Positions 1-7,936 of a stretch of DNA of 21,044 nucleotides are shown here, piece after piece. Within the stretch, counting starts at the first letter, position 1; each line of letters starts with the position of its first letter. The notes under the pieces were generated by a model. The model was not told the origin of the DNA. It did not search any database and saw only the letters and a list, made by a program, of their open reading frames with translations. The stretch is from Candidatus Iainarchaeum sp. (GTDB taxonomy: Archaea > Iainarchaeota > Iainarchaeia > Iainarchaeales > VGJJ01): positions 1 to 21,044 of the forward strand of contig JAZDJQ010000008.1 in NCBI GenBank assembly GCA_043803765.1, read 5' to 3'. The translations under genes and the position numbers were made by a program.

Positions 1-120
1 GGAGGGTTCGTGGGTTCCCGCTCGAGCGGGAACCAAGAAAAACAAGCACTCCTAAAGGCACTAACCTACAATTTGGAAATAATCAACCGAAAAATCACTT
101 TAACGATTAACTTCCTCTAA
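1..120 (+). CDS. C-terminal fragment of a DDE transposase (IS4/IS5-like), 5'-truncated by the window edge
   Basis: Not in the ORF track. Frame +1 reads GGFVGSRSSGNQEKQALLKALTYNLEIINRKITLTINFL* (TAA 118-120). This resembles the G-x-x-V-x-S-R...Q-x-x-(E)-x-x-L-K-x-L-x-Y-N-L tail that follows the catalytic Glu helix of DDE_Tnp_1-type transposases. Recognised by eye. Confidence 0.6.
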   Translation, partial: GGFVGSRSSGNQEKQALLKALTYNLEIINRKITLTINFL

Positions 121-140
121 AAGAGGAAGTCAACAGAGCC
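1..140 (+). mobile_element. Right end of a probable insertion sequence; putative terminal inverted repeat ~123-140 (gaggaagtcaacagagcc)
   Basis: The transposase-like tail stops just before a ...tcaacagagc motif of the kind I recall from archaeal IS5-like element ends. The left repeat lies outside the window and cannot be compared. Confidence 0.45.
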
Positions 141-204
141 TGCTCCATTCCCAATTTTTCCTCCTCGTTGTTTTTATACTTCTGTGGTGTTGTAGTTTTT
201 GCGT

Positions 205-903
205 ATGTTTATTCATTTTCTTGGCCACTCTTCCTTTATCCTTGAATTTTCAAACACGAACGTGTTAATTGACCCTTGTATTCACTGTGAATCGTTCGGC
301 CAATACGAGCGTCTCATTCCTTCTCCTTTCATTATGGGTGATTTGCCTAAGATTTCTCTTATTCTTATTACGCATGAGCATGAGGACCATTTCGACAAGA
401 AGACGATTGAATTTTTGGCTCATCGTGACGGCGCCTGTGTAGTGGCACATGATTCGGTTCTCTCCGAGTTGAATATTCCCATGCGTTGCAAGCGTGCAGT
501 AATAGCCGATAGTACGCTTCATGTTCGCGGTGTTCATGTTGCCGTGCAATCCGCTCATCATCCTCAGGCGTTTTATCCCATGGCGTATCTTGTTACGGGT
601 GATAATACTGCGATATTTCATGCGGGTGATTCTGATTTGGTGGAGGAATTTTCTCCCGATTTCAATGCGGATGTTGCGCTTCTTCCTATTGGGGGAAATA
701 TCACCATGGATGTAGTAGATGCAGTGAAAGCCACTAAAGTGTTGAAGCCCGAAGTGGTGATTCCCATGCATTATAACACGTTTCCTATTTGTCAGGCATC
801 CCCTGAGGAGTTTGCCCGTAAAATAGAGAAGAGCAATCTCAAAACGCGTCCTATTATTCTTTCTCCCTCAGGCAAGTTTGAGTTTATTCCTGAAAAAAAG
901 TAG
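205..903 (+). CDS. Metallo-beta-lactamase-fold metal-dependent hydrolase (UPF0173/UlaG-like)
   Basis: Motifs FLGHSSF, LIDP, THEHEDH (HxHxDH), FHAGDS, LLPIGG..TM and VIPMHYNTFP. ATG 205 preferred over TTG 199 because TTTATA lies at 173-178. Confidence 0.9.
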   Translation: MFIHFLGHSSFILEFSNTNVLIDPCIHCESFGQYERLIPSPFIMGDLPKISLILITHEHEDHFDKKTIEFLAHRDGACVVAHDSVLSELNIPMRCKRAVIADSTLHVRGVHVAVQSAHHPQAFYPMAYLVTGDNTAIFHAGDSDLVEEFSPDFNADVALLPIGGNITMDVVDAVKATKVLKPEVVIPMHYNTFPICQASPEEFARKIEKSNLKTRPIILSPSGKFEFIPEKK

Positions 904-905
904 TA

Positions 906-1862
906 TTATTTTTTGGTCCGCGTTTTAGCCGTGATAGGATATCGTTCGGGTGTTTCGACGCGCAGCAGGTCGTGCGCCCCAACCACGTTTGTGAATTCTT
1001 TTCGGGCTTCTTTCACCATTTCTTTTCCATTTGCATATCGTGGGGAAAAATGGGTGAGGAATAATTGTGCTGCTCCAATGCGTTGGGCGATTTCTCCCGC
1101 CATTCGTGCAGTAGAATGTTTGACTTCTTCTGCGCGTTCTTTTTCATTCTCCATGAAGGACGATTCATGAATCAGCACGTCAATTTTCATTTTTTTTAAT
1201 TGGTCAATGTAATGCGTGTGCGGAAAAGTGTCCGTGATGTAGGCTATTTTTCCTCCGCGCAATGCTTTCGTGTAATCCATCACCTGCGCGGGTGTTATTT
1301 TTTTCTTGTTGTGGGTGATGGTTTCTCCTCGCTGTAATTTTCCCCATAACGTTCCTTCCGGTATTCCTAGTTTTATTGCTTTTGTTCGTTGGAATTCTCC
1401 TTCTTTTCCATTGGCTTCAAATACGAATCCGTAACACTTGCTTGAGTGGTTTAATTCCAATGCATGAATAGTGTATTCGTGGTGTTTCAGTAACACCCCT
1501 TCTTTAATCTCATGCGGAATAATCCTGAACGTTGGCAGAGCGTTAGCCAGTGCAACCGCTTGTTTTATTTTTTCCTCTATTCCTCGCGGGCCGTAAATGT
1601 GCAAGTCTTTTTTTCGCTCATGAATGGACATCGTGGCTACTAATCCCGGCAATCCTAATATATGGTCTGCGTGAAAATGGGAAATAAAGATATGTTCTAC
1701 TTTCAGATAGGATAATCCCGTTCGCATCATCTGCTGCTGTACTCCTTCCGGGGTATCAAACAACAGCTGGTTTCCTCGGAAAAGGAGGGCCATGCTGCTT
1801 AAGTTGCGTTCCGTGGTGGGAGTGGAACAACTTGTTCCTAAGAATATCATTTCGATGCTCAT
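906..1862 (-). CDS. rnz: Ribonuclease Z (tRNA 3' endonuclease)
   Basis: Motifs FLGTS..PT..RN, EGVQQQ, ISHFHADHILGL, a GIPEG flexible arm, LIHES, HST and THFSPRY. Start set at MSIEMIF (1862), 24 nt from a minus-strand TTTATAA at 1886-1892. Confidence 0.95.
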   Translation of the reverse strand: MSIEMIFLGTSCSTPTTERNLSSMALLFRGNQLLFDTPEGVQQQMMRTGLSYLKVEHIFISHFHADHILGLPGLVATMSIHERKKDLHIYGPRGIEEKIKQAVALANALPTFRIIPHEIKEGVLLKHHEYTIHALELNHSSKCYGFVFEANGKEGEFQRTKAIKLGIPEGTLWGKLQRGETITHNKKKITPAQVMDYTKALRGGKIAYITDTFPHTHYIDQLKKMKIDVLIHESSFMENEKERAEEVKHSTARMAGEIAQRIGAAQLFLTHFSPRYANGKEMVKEARKEFTNVVGAHDLLRVETPERYPITAKTRTKK

Positions 1863-1970
1863 ACGCATACTTTTCCGCTCACCCCTTATAAACACCATTT
1901 TTTTTATTCTTTTTCGGCTTTCCTTTTTAAGACGGACAATCCTTACATTATTCTGTTCTACTCGATTTCC

Positions 1971-3296
1971 ATGGCTCGTAAACAAACTCCCATGAAAGAA
2001 GAATCGGCCCCTCTTCACGTGGATGCCGAAGACCTTGCGGAATTGCAGATTCCTCTTTCTTTCAAGTCTACTTCGGATGTGGAAGTTCCCAAATCCCTTG
2101 TTGAACAGGTGATTGGTCAGGATAAGGCGGTTGAGATTATTCGGAAGGCCGCAGCCCAGAAGCGTAATGTTTTGTTGATTGGAGTTCCAGGCATTGGGAA
2201 AAGTATGCTGGCTCAGGCGATGGCCGAGATTCTTCCTGTTTCCCGTTTGTACGATGTTTTAGTCTACCCCAATAATGAAGACCAAAATAATCCCCGTGTC
2301 CGAGTGGTGCATGCGGGTGAAGGGAAGCATCTTATTCATTCCACTCGTCTTGAGGCGCAGAAGGCAGAAGATAACATGCGTCTTCTTGGATTGGTTTTCC
2401 CGTTAGGGTGGTTTCTTCTTTCATATATCATTTGGTCTATTGGTTGGATGCCCGATGTAGTGTATGCCGCTACTCTTATTCTGGGGGGTATTCTCATTTT
2501 TGGTTTTGCTATTGGTTCCCAAGTGAATCGTCCTACGGTGAAGCAGACTCCCAAATTGTTAGTGGATAATTATGCACGGAAGACGGCTCCATTCGCTGAA
2601 GCAACCGGTGCAAGAGCGGGGGCATTGCTTGGTGATGTGAGACATGACCCTCTTCAGAGTGGGGGTTTGGGAACGCCCGCTCATTTGCGTGTGGAGCCCG
2701 GCCTCATTCATCGTTCGAGCGGTGGTGTGTTGTTTTTGGATGAGATTGCCACGCTCTCCATGAAGTCCCAGCAGGAACTCTTAACGGCGATGCAGGAAAA
2801 AAAATACTCCATTACGGGTCAGAGTGAAATGTCGAGTGGTGCGATGACGCGTACCGAGCCCGTTCCTTGCTTTCCTTCTGGAACTATGATTGAAACGGAA
2901 AATGGTCCTGTTGCCATTGAGCAGTTAGTGGATGATCTGTTTTCCAATGCTCAGGAAATGGGTTCAGTAAAAAAAGAGGGAAATGTCGATGTGTTGGATT
3001 TGAATATTGATAGAATGGTGTGGGTACCAACCAATAAGAACGTGGTTCTCGATCGACTGGAAAGGGTTTATCGTCGTCCTTATACTGGAAAATTACTGAA
3101 GATTACCCTGGATGATGGAACTATTCTTTTGGCGACCCCCGAGCACCCCATCCAAACGCCAAATGGCTTTGTTAAAGCGCAAGAGTTGAAAGTAAATCAG
3201 TTGGTTGAAACCATGGATAGCATTATACTTAGCCGAGAAGATATAATTGGGACACCTATTTTGGAAAAGAAGAGGTTTTCAAGATGCCTGACTTAA
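1971..3296 (+). CDS. lonB: LonB ATP-dependent protease, N-terminal part (AAA+ Walker A/B, two TM helices) fused to N-terminal intein half
   Basis: QVIGQD, Walker A GVPGIGKS, two hydrophobic helices, [20 protein letters not shown], Walker B VLFLDE and [11 protein letters not shown]. Intein block A (CFPSGTMI) begins at residue 300. Confidence 0.93.
   Translation: MARKQTPMKEESAPLHVDAEDLAELQIPLSFKSTSDVEVPKSLVEQVIGQDKAVEIIRKAAAQKRNVLLIGVPGIGKSMLAQAMAEILPVSRLYDVLVYPNNEDQNNPRVRVVHAGEGKHLIHSTRLEAQKAEDNMRLLGLVFPLGWFLLSYIIWSIGWMPDVVYAATLILGGILIFGFAIGSQVNRPTVKQTPKLLVDNYARKTAPFAEATGARAGALLGDVRHDPLQSGGLGTPAHLRVEPGLIHRSSGGVLFLDEIATLSMKSQQELLTAMQEKKYSITGQSEMSSGAMTRTEPVPCFPSGTMIETENGPVAIEQLVDDLFSNAQEMGSVKKEGNVDVLDLNIDRMVWVPTNKNVVLDRLERVYRRPYTGKLLKITLDDGTILLATPEHPIQTPNGFVKAQELKVNQLVETMDSIILSREDIIGTPILEKKRFSRCLT
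2868..3293 (+). mobile_element. Intein N-terminal half (IntN, 142 aa, Hint domain, no homing endonuclease)
   Basis: Starts at Cys (TGC 2868) after extein EPVP. Block [21 protein letters not shown], block [20 protein letters not shown] (TxxH), then [14 protein letters not shown]. Ends at TAA 3294-3296. Confidence 0.92.
3272..3276 (+). promoter_or_regulatory. Putative Shine-Dalgarno (GAGGT) for the lonB C-terminal ORF
   Basis: GAGGT is 7 nt upstream of ATG 3284. A similar AAGAGGT precedes the SPFH ATG (5839), and GGAGG precedes the PAC2 ATG (18590). Confidence 0.55.
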
Positions 3297-3403
3297 CAGC
3301 TAAAAAAATTATGGCCATTGAGGGAATAGACTATGCTGGGAACGTCTATAATCTCAAGACAAATTATGGCACTTATTTAGCTAATGGAGTCGCTGTTCAT
3401 AAT
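3284..3403 (+). mobile_element. Intein C-terminal half (IntC, 40 aa)
   Basis: [40 protein letters not shown] contains block F (VYNL) and block G ending His-Asn. It is followed by +1 Cys (TGT 3404) of extein CDFVLVAAG. Confidence 0.92.
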
Positions 3404-4483
3404 TGTGATTTTGTTTTAGTCGCCGCAGGCGGTTATAAGGATTTAGAAAATGTTCATCCTGCGTTGCGTTCGCGTATTCGCGGATACGGTTATGAAGTGT
3501 ACATGAACACGGAAATGGATGATACTCCGGATAATAGGAAAAAGATTGTTCAGTTTGTTGCGCAGGAAGTAGTAAAAGATGGGAAGATTCCTCATTTTTC
3601 TAAGAGTGCAGTGGAAGTGATTTTGTTTGAGGCCAAGCGCCGTGCGGGTAGAAAAGAAAAACTCACTCTAAAGTTGCGTGATTTAGGTGGATTAGTTCGT
3701 GCTGCGGGGGATTTAGCAAAAGAGAAAGGCCACTCTCTTGTTCTTGCCGATGATGTGTATGAAGCACGCATATCGGCTCGTACATTAGAACAGCAGATGA
3801 TGACGAAAGCGCTTGAGCAGAAAAAAGAATATGAAGTGTACAAGTCAACCGGTTTTGCCATAGGGAGAGTGAACGGTCTTGCCGTATCCGGTGACGGGGA
3901 CGCAGGTCTTATTCTCCCTATTGAAGCGGAGATTGCTCCCGCGCAGAGCAGTGCGGAAGGTCGTCTTATTGCTACTGGAAAGTTAGGTGATATTGCGAAA
4001 GAGGCAGTGCAAAATGTTTCAGCATTGATTAAGAAACTCTCTGGGAAGGATATTTCAAAACACGATGTGCATATTCAGTTCCTTCAAACCTATGAAGGGG
4101 TGGAAGGTGATTCTGCCTCGGTAAGTGTGGCCACCGCCGTTATTTCGGCATTGGAAGGTATTCCCGTTAAGCAAAATCTTGCCATGACCGGCTCATTGAG
4201 TGTACGTGGAGAGGTGTTGCCTGTTGGCGGTGTTACCAGTAAAGTGTATGCTGCCGTAAAAGCGGGTTTCTCTGAAGTTATTGTTCCAAAAGCCAATCTT
4301 GCCGATATCGTATTATCCAAAAAAGAGTTGAATGGAATTAAGGTTATTCCTGTTTCCACACTCAAGGAAGTATTGGACCATTCTCTCGTTCGTGGAAAGA
4401 AAACGGATTCTTTCCTTAAGAGTTTGGGAAAGCTGGTTGAGTTTAATCTTGGTCATATTATTGGTGAAAAAACACTGCGATAA
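3284..4483 (+). CDS. lonB: LonB protease, C-terminal part (intein C half, rest of AAA+ module, Ser-Lys protease domain)
   Basis: [36 protein letters not shown], catalytic Ser in [27 protein letters not shown] (catalytic Lys) and VIVPKAN. Confidence 0.95.
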   Translation: MPDLTAKKIMAIEGIDYAGNVYNLKTNYGTYLANGVAVHNCDFVLVAAGGYKDLENVHPALRSRIRGYGYEVYMNTEMDDTPDNRKKIVQFVAQEVVKDGKIPHFSKSAVEVILFEAKRRAGRKEKLTLKLRDLGGLVRAAGDLAKEKGHSLVLADDVYEARISARTLEQQMMTKALEQKKEYEVYKSTGFAIGRVNGLAVSGDGDAGLILPIEAEIAPAQSSAEGRLIATGKLGDIAKEAVQNVSALIKKLSGKDISKHDVHIQFLQTYEGVEGDSASVSVATAVISALEGIPVKQNLAMTGSLSVRGEVLPVGGVTSKVYAAVKAGFSEVIVPKANLADIVLSKKELNGIKVIPVSTLKEVLDHSLVRGKKTDSFLKSLGKLVEFNLGHIIGEKTLR

Positions 4484-4515
4484 TTCGTTCATCAATACTG
4501 ATTATTTTTTTTGTT

Positions 4516-5766
4516 TTAGTTAGGCGTGTTTCCTTGTAAGAGTATTTTCCCATTATCCATTAGAAAATCTCCTCGCGTAATCAGTATTTTCTTATTCTTG
4601 AGTGTGAATTCCATTGCATCTTTTTCTTTTGATATTTTTTCTACTCGTCCCAACCATTTTCCGCTTTTGCTGTACACGGGCAATCCAACTAGTAATCGTG
4701 TAACGCGTTTTCGTATATCCAAAATGGATGTTGCTTTGTACACTCCAAAGAATACAAGGAATGATATGATTATGAGGAAAAGGAACCAGTTGAATGTCGT
4801 GCTTCCAACTAATACTCCTTTTGCTGTTCCTAACAATACCGCTCCCAGAATAACGGCGACCGTGGATAAGAGATACGTGTGAAGCAGGTATGCTCGTTTT
4901 AATTGCACGGCATCTGCTCCTTTTCCAAAAAGGAATGCGATTCCCGTGATGGTTCCAAACATGAGAATGAAGTCCACTCCTACTCCCATGCTTCGTATCA
5001 TGGCAAGTAAGTCTCCTGTTTGGTAGAATGCATACGCGTCGGTTAGTAAGGGGGTGGCGGAAAACACTCCAAATGCAGCGAACATGATGCTTCCTACATA
5101 GAATGGAAAGCTTACTCGTTGTGCGCTAATCGAACTGGTTATTTCTTTTCCAACGTTCAACACTTTGTCTTCGACTCCAAATCCCTTCAGTATCAAATAT
5201 ACTCCTAAAATGCCCCCAACGAGCTGTAATCCTATTGTGGGAAGAAGCAAATACAATAATATCACGATTCCGGGAACCCCGAATGCGAGGCGTGCAAGGA
5301 ACGGGTCCTTCAATGCTTCCTTAATTGTATAAAATGTGCTTTCTACTTCTCGTGCTTGTTTTACAATCACCGTATTCTTCGATAAGATGGGGGCCCTGCT
5401 TTGCAGTATTGGAATAATCTGGTCATCTTCTGCTCCATCTGTTACAAGTACGAATGCTTCTGCTTTGAATGTTTCAAGAAAACCATCGAGTTGTTCGTTT
5501 ATTTTCACATCGCTCTCAAAACCAAACTTTTTGCTTCCAACCAGTGTAATAATTTCCACTGTCGCGTATTTTTCTTTCAGCTCATCATATCGTTGAATGG
5601 CCATAAATAAGCAGTTCGCGTCACTATCTTCAGGGTCGGCTAGGGCCAATTTGACTGCCGCGCGTAGGTTATCTTTCCTTCCGACGATGGGTCCGTCAAT
5701 TCCTGCTTTTCTCCCAAAATCATTGTCCCGGTCCACACAAATGACGGCGAGCGCCTTTTCTTGCAT
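4516..5766 (-). CDS. DUF373-family membrane protein with C-terminal PRC-barrel-like domain
   Basis: Motifs CVDRDND.G.K, LALADPEDSDAN, VTDGAEDD and VIVKQ...VESTFY, then several TM helices. C-terminus LVGLPVYSKSGKWLGRVEKI. Confidence 0.85.
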   Translation of the reverse strand: MQEKALAVICVDRDNDFGRKAGIDGPIVGRKDNLRAAVKLALADPEDSDANCLFMAIQRYDELKEKYATVEIITLVGSKKFGFESDVKINEQLDGFLETFKAEAFVLVTDGAEDDQIIPILQSRAPILSKNTVIVKQAREVESTFYTIKEALKDPFLARLAFGVPGIVILLYLLLPTIGLQLVGGILGVYLILKGFGVEDKVLNVGKEITSSISAQRVSFPFYVGSIMFAAFGVFSATPLLTDAYAFYQTGDLLAMIRSMGVGVDFILMFGTITGIAFLFGKGADAVQLKRAYLLHTYLLSTVAVILGAVLLGTAKGVLVGSTTFNWFLFLIIISFLVFFGVYKATSILDIRKRVTRLLVGLPVYSKSGKWLGRVEKISKEKDAMEFTLKNKKILITRGDFLMDNGKILLQGNTPN

Positions 5767-5838
5767 ATTAGAGTTAAAAAGGGGGGAAAATATTAACCTA
5801 TGTGCCTTTTACGGTCTAAAAAAGAGGTTTTTTTGAGT

Positions 5839-6822
5839 ATGGCGAAGCGTTTAGGAAAAGTGGAGTCCCATAAGCTCAAGCAGGCAATCTTTTCAGGCAT
5901 CCTTCTGGTCGCCTTGCTAAGTGCCTATTTTGCTTGGCAGAATGCCACGAACCTAGCAGCAGTAGTGGGAGTAGGCGGTCTTCTCATTATTTTCATCATC
6001 GTCATCCGTCAATATGATTTCCTTCTTACTCTTAAGGAGTATGAACGTGCAGTCATGTACCGCCTTGGTCGAGTGAACCGTGTCGGCGGTCCGGGGTGGG
6101 CGCTTCTTATTCCTTTGTTTGAAACGTTTAAGATTGTGGATTTGCGTACCCAAACATTAGATGTTCCTCCTCAAACGGTTATTACGAAAGACAATGTGGT
6201 CGTGAAAATTGATGCAGTCATTTATCTTTATGTTAAACGGGATGCGTCCTCTGTTATTAATTCGGTGATTGAGGTAGATGATTATCGTCATGCCGCTACT
6301 CAGTTTGTTCAAGCCAAAATTCGTGATACGGCGGGCGGGCTTACTCTTTCGGAATTGATTTCAGATGTTGGGAAACTTAATTCGGAGTTGAGAAAAGAAC
6401 TCGAACAGATTTCGGCCAGTTGGGGTGTTGCAATTGAGAGTGTTGAAATCCAATCATTGGATGTTCCCAAAGAGATTGAGGAAGCTTTTTCTCATCGTGC
6501 GGCTGCCGAACAGGCTAAACTCGCTCAAGTTCAGCGCGCATTGGGAATGCAGGCAGAGATTGATTCTATTAGGGAAGCGGCTCAAAAATTGGATGACAAA
6601 TCCCTTTCCTATTTTTACATTAAAGCTCTTGAAGTATTGGGGCAGGGTGCTTCAACCAAGTTTATTTTTCCTCTTGAGTTGAGTGCGTTGATTCAAAATC
6701 TTTCAGAGAAAACAAAGAAGGCTCATTCCAAGAGGGAATTGGAGAATGTTTTCGAGCAGTATGCTCCTATTCTCCATACGCTGGTTGGGAAAGCAAAGAA
6801 AAAGAAGTCAAAGAAAAAGTAG
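5839..6822 (+). CDS. SPFH/band-7 (stomatin/slipin-like) membrane protein
   Basis: Two N-terminal TM helices, then EYERAVMYRLGR..GPG, VDLRTQTLDVPPQTVITKDNV..IDAVIY, WGVAIESVEIQ and KFIFPLEL. ATG 5839 has an upstream GAGGT. Confidence 0.92.
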   Translation: MAKRLGKVESHKLKQAIFSGILLVALLSAYFAWQNATNLAAVVGVGGLLIIFIIVIRQYDFLLTLKEYERAVMYRLGRVNRVGGPGWALLIPLFETFKIVDLRTQTLDVPPQTVITKDNVVVKIDAVIYLYVKRDASSVINSVIEVDDYRHAATQFVQAKIRDTAGGLTLSELISDVGKLNSELRKELEQISASWGVAIESVEIQSLDVPKEIEEAFSHRAAAEQAKLAQVQRALGMQAEIDSIREAAQKLDDKSLSYFYIKALEVLGQGASTKFIFPLELSALIQNLSEKTKKAHSKRELENVFEQYAPILHTLVGKAKKKKSKKK

Positions 6823-6849
6823 CCAAGGAAAAAGAAGCCAAAGAAGCAG
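6793..6849 (+). repeat. Degenerate 15-nt tandem repeat (Nca aag aaa aag aag, ~3.8 copies) spanning the SPFH stop codon
   Basis: gcaaagaaaaagaag | tcaaagaaaaagtag | ccaaggaaaaagaag | ccaaagaagcag. Confidence 0.7.
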
Positions 6850-6865
6850 GTTCTTCTTCGTTCCG

Positions 6866-6884
6866 TTTTTTTTCTTTTTTCTTA
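6866..6884 (+). terminator. Oligo-T tract, probable archaeal terminator between convergent genes
   Basis: T-rich tract (tttttttctttttt) downstream of the SPFH stop and just outside the convergent SpoIIM-like gene end. Confidence 0.4.
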
Positions 6885-6895
6885 TTGGGAATGAT

Positions 6896-7855
6896 TCATG
6901 TGAACAGCCACAGGTAACTTTCAATCATCGCCGCGCCCCATAATAATACAACCGCAATTCCAATCAATGCGGCTGCGTCTTTTGCAATGGTTTGAAATTC
7001 ATTGGTGCGGTACACTTGCTTGCTCATGCTGGCGGAAATGATTCCTCCTGCAATCGCTCCGATATAATACGCCACGATTTCAGGTATCCCGTGTGGAATA
7101 AATCCGATTCCGTGATAGATTCCGTATGCCATTGCAAAAACAATAGAAAAGATGTCATGCACGGGTGCCATTGCGAGTGATTGTGCGGCGATTTTTCCAA
7201 TTACTGTTCCAATAATGCTCGCGTTCCAGCTGATGAGAAATAACGCTCCTTCTCCGAATAGGAATGAGAACAAAATGGCAAGCAATAACACAGTCGCATT
7301 ATTGGCAAAAAGGAACTGGGCAATTCCCCAAAAATCACCTCCTCCTGCGGGTCCGCTCTGCGACCCTCCTACGTTCATTCCTGAAATGCTTACTACGTTT
7401 CCTGTTCCCGCGCTGTCTCGTAATTGGGCTATTCCCAATAATTGTCTTTCCTGTTCCGCGAATACGCTGTCCCGTGTGGGGAATTCTCCACAAATATTTC
7501 CTATCACGCATCGCAACGGCTCCGTTCCTGGCAGAATAATATACCATGTCATATACGCCAGTATTAATCCCAGAAAGAACCAGCTGTAAATCTTAATCAA
7601 ATCAAAGTGCCGTTCGAGGAACGTTCCCGGATTTCCGGGTGATTGTGCTTCTTCATCTTCTTCCTGCATTAGTGTTCGTCGAATAATGGGTTCGGCGGCA
7701 ATGACGATGAATGCGAGTGTTAGAATAGATGCGGAAAATGGGAATATGAAATAGGCCAGCCACATTCCTACGATAGCGAAGAGGAATGCGACTAGCATCA
7801 TGTAATGCGGTTTTTCCCTTGCTACACTGCTGGGGAGGAGGGTTTCGAGCACCAT
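6896..7855 (-). CDS. SpoIIM-like (DUF95) integral membrane protein
   Basis: Motifs LFANNATV, LISWNASIIG and PHGIPEIVAYYIGAIAGG, with multiple TM helices. Minus-strand TTTTAAATA at 7878-7886. Confidence 0.85.
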   Translation of the reverse strand: MVLETLLPSSVAREKPHYMMLVAFLFAIVGMWLAYFIFPFSASILTLAFIVIAAEPIIRRTLMQEEDEEAQSPGNPGTFLERHFDLIKIYSWFFLGLILAYMTWYIILPGTEPLRCVIGNICGEFPTRDSVFAEQERQLLGIAQLRDSAGTGNVVSISGMNVGGSQSGPAGGGDFWGIAQFLFANNATVLLLAILFSFLFGEGALFLISWNASIIGTVIGKIAAQSLAMAPVHDIFSIVFAMAYGIYHGIGFIPHGIPEIVAYYIGAIAGGIISASMSKQVYRTNEFQTIAKDAAALIGIAVVLLWGAAMIESYLWLFT

Positions 7856-7936
7856 TGTTCCAAGGGCAGGGCGCGTGTATTTAAAACCATTGTGCCGGTT
7901 TTCTCTTTATTCAACCCCTTATTGGATGTAAGATAT

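Noticed and set aside
1-60. GC-rich stem-loop read as tRNA or SRP RNA
   Set aside because: No cloverleaf or SRP motifs are recognisable, and it lies within the transposase-like reading frame.
107-133. Hairpin ending in TCAA read as an IS200/IS605 right end or TnpB omega-RNA
   Set aside because: The upstream frame reads as a DDE-transposase C-terminus and the motif continues into a TIR-like caacagagc. No TnpA/TnpB evidence in the window.
1863-2018. N-terminal extension of RNase Z overlapping lonB
   Set aside because: The conserved domain begins at MSIEMIFLGT and a TATA box lies within the supposed extension. The same reasoning applies to the long starts of csl4, second pcn, priL and PAC2.
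2868-3403. Homing endonuclease within the intein
   Set aside because: Only about 180 aa in total, with no LAGLIDADG or HNH motifs.
1971-4483. lonB as a decayed pseudogene
   Set aside because: There is a single break, located in the dispensable intein linker, with intact Walker, Ser-Lys and splicing residues and a plausible start for the second half.
6793-6849. Tandem repeat read as a CRISPR array
   Set aside because: 15-nt degenerate units with no spacers and no cas genes nearby.
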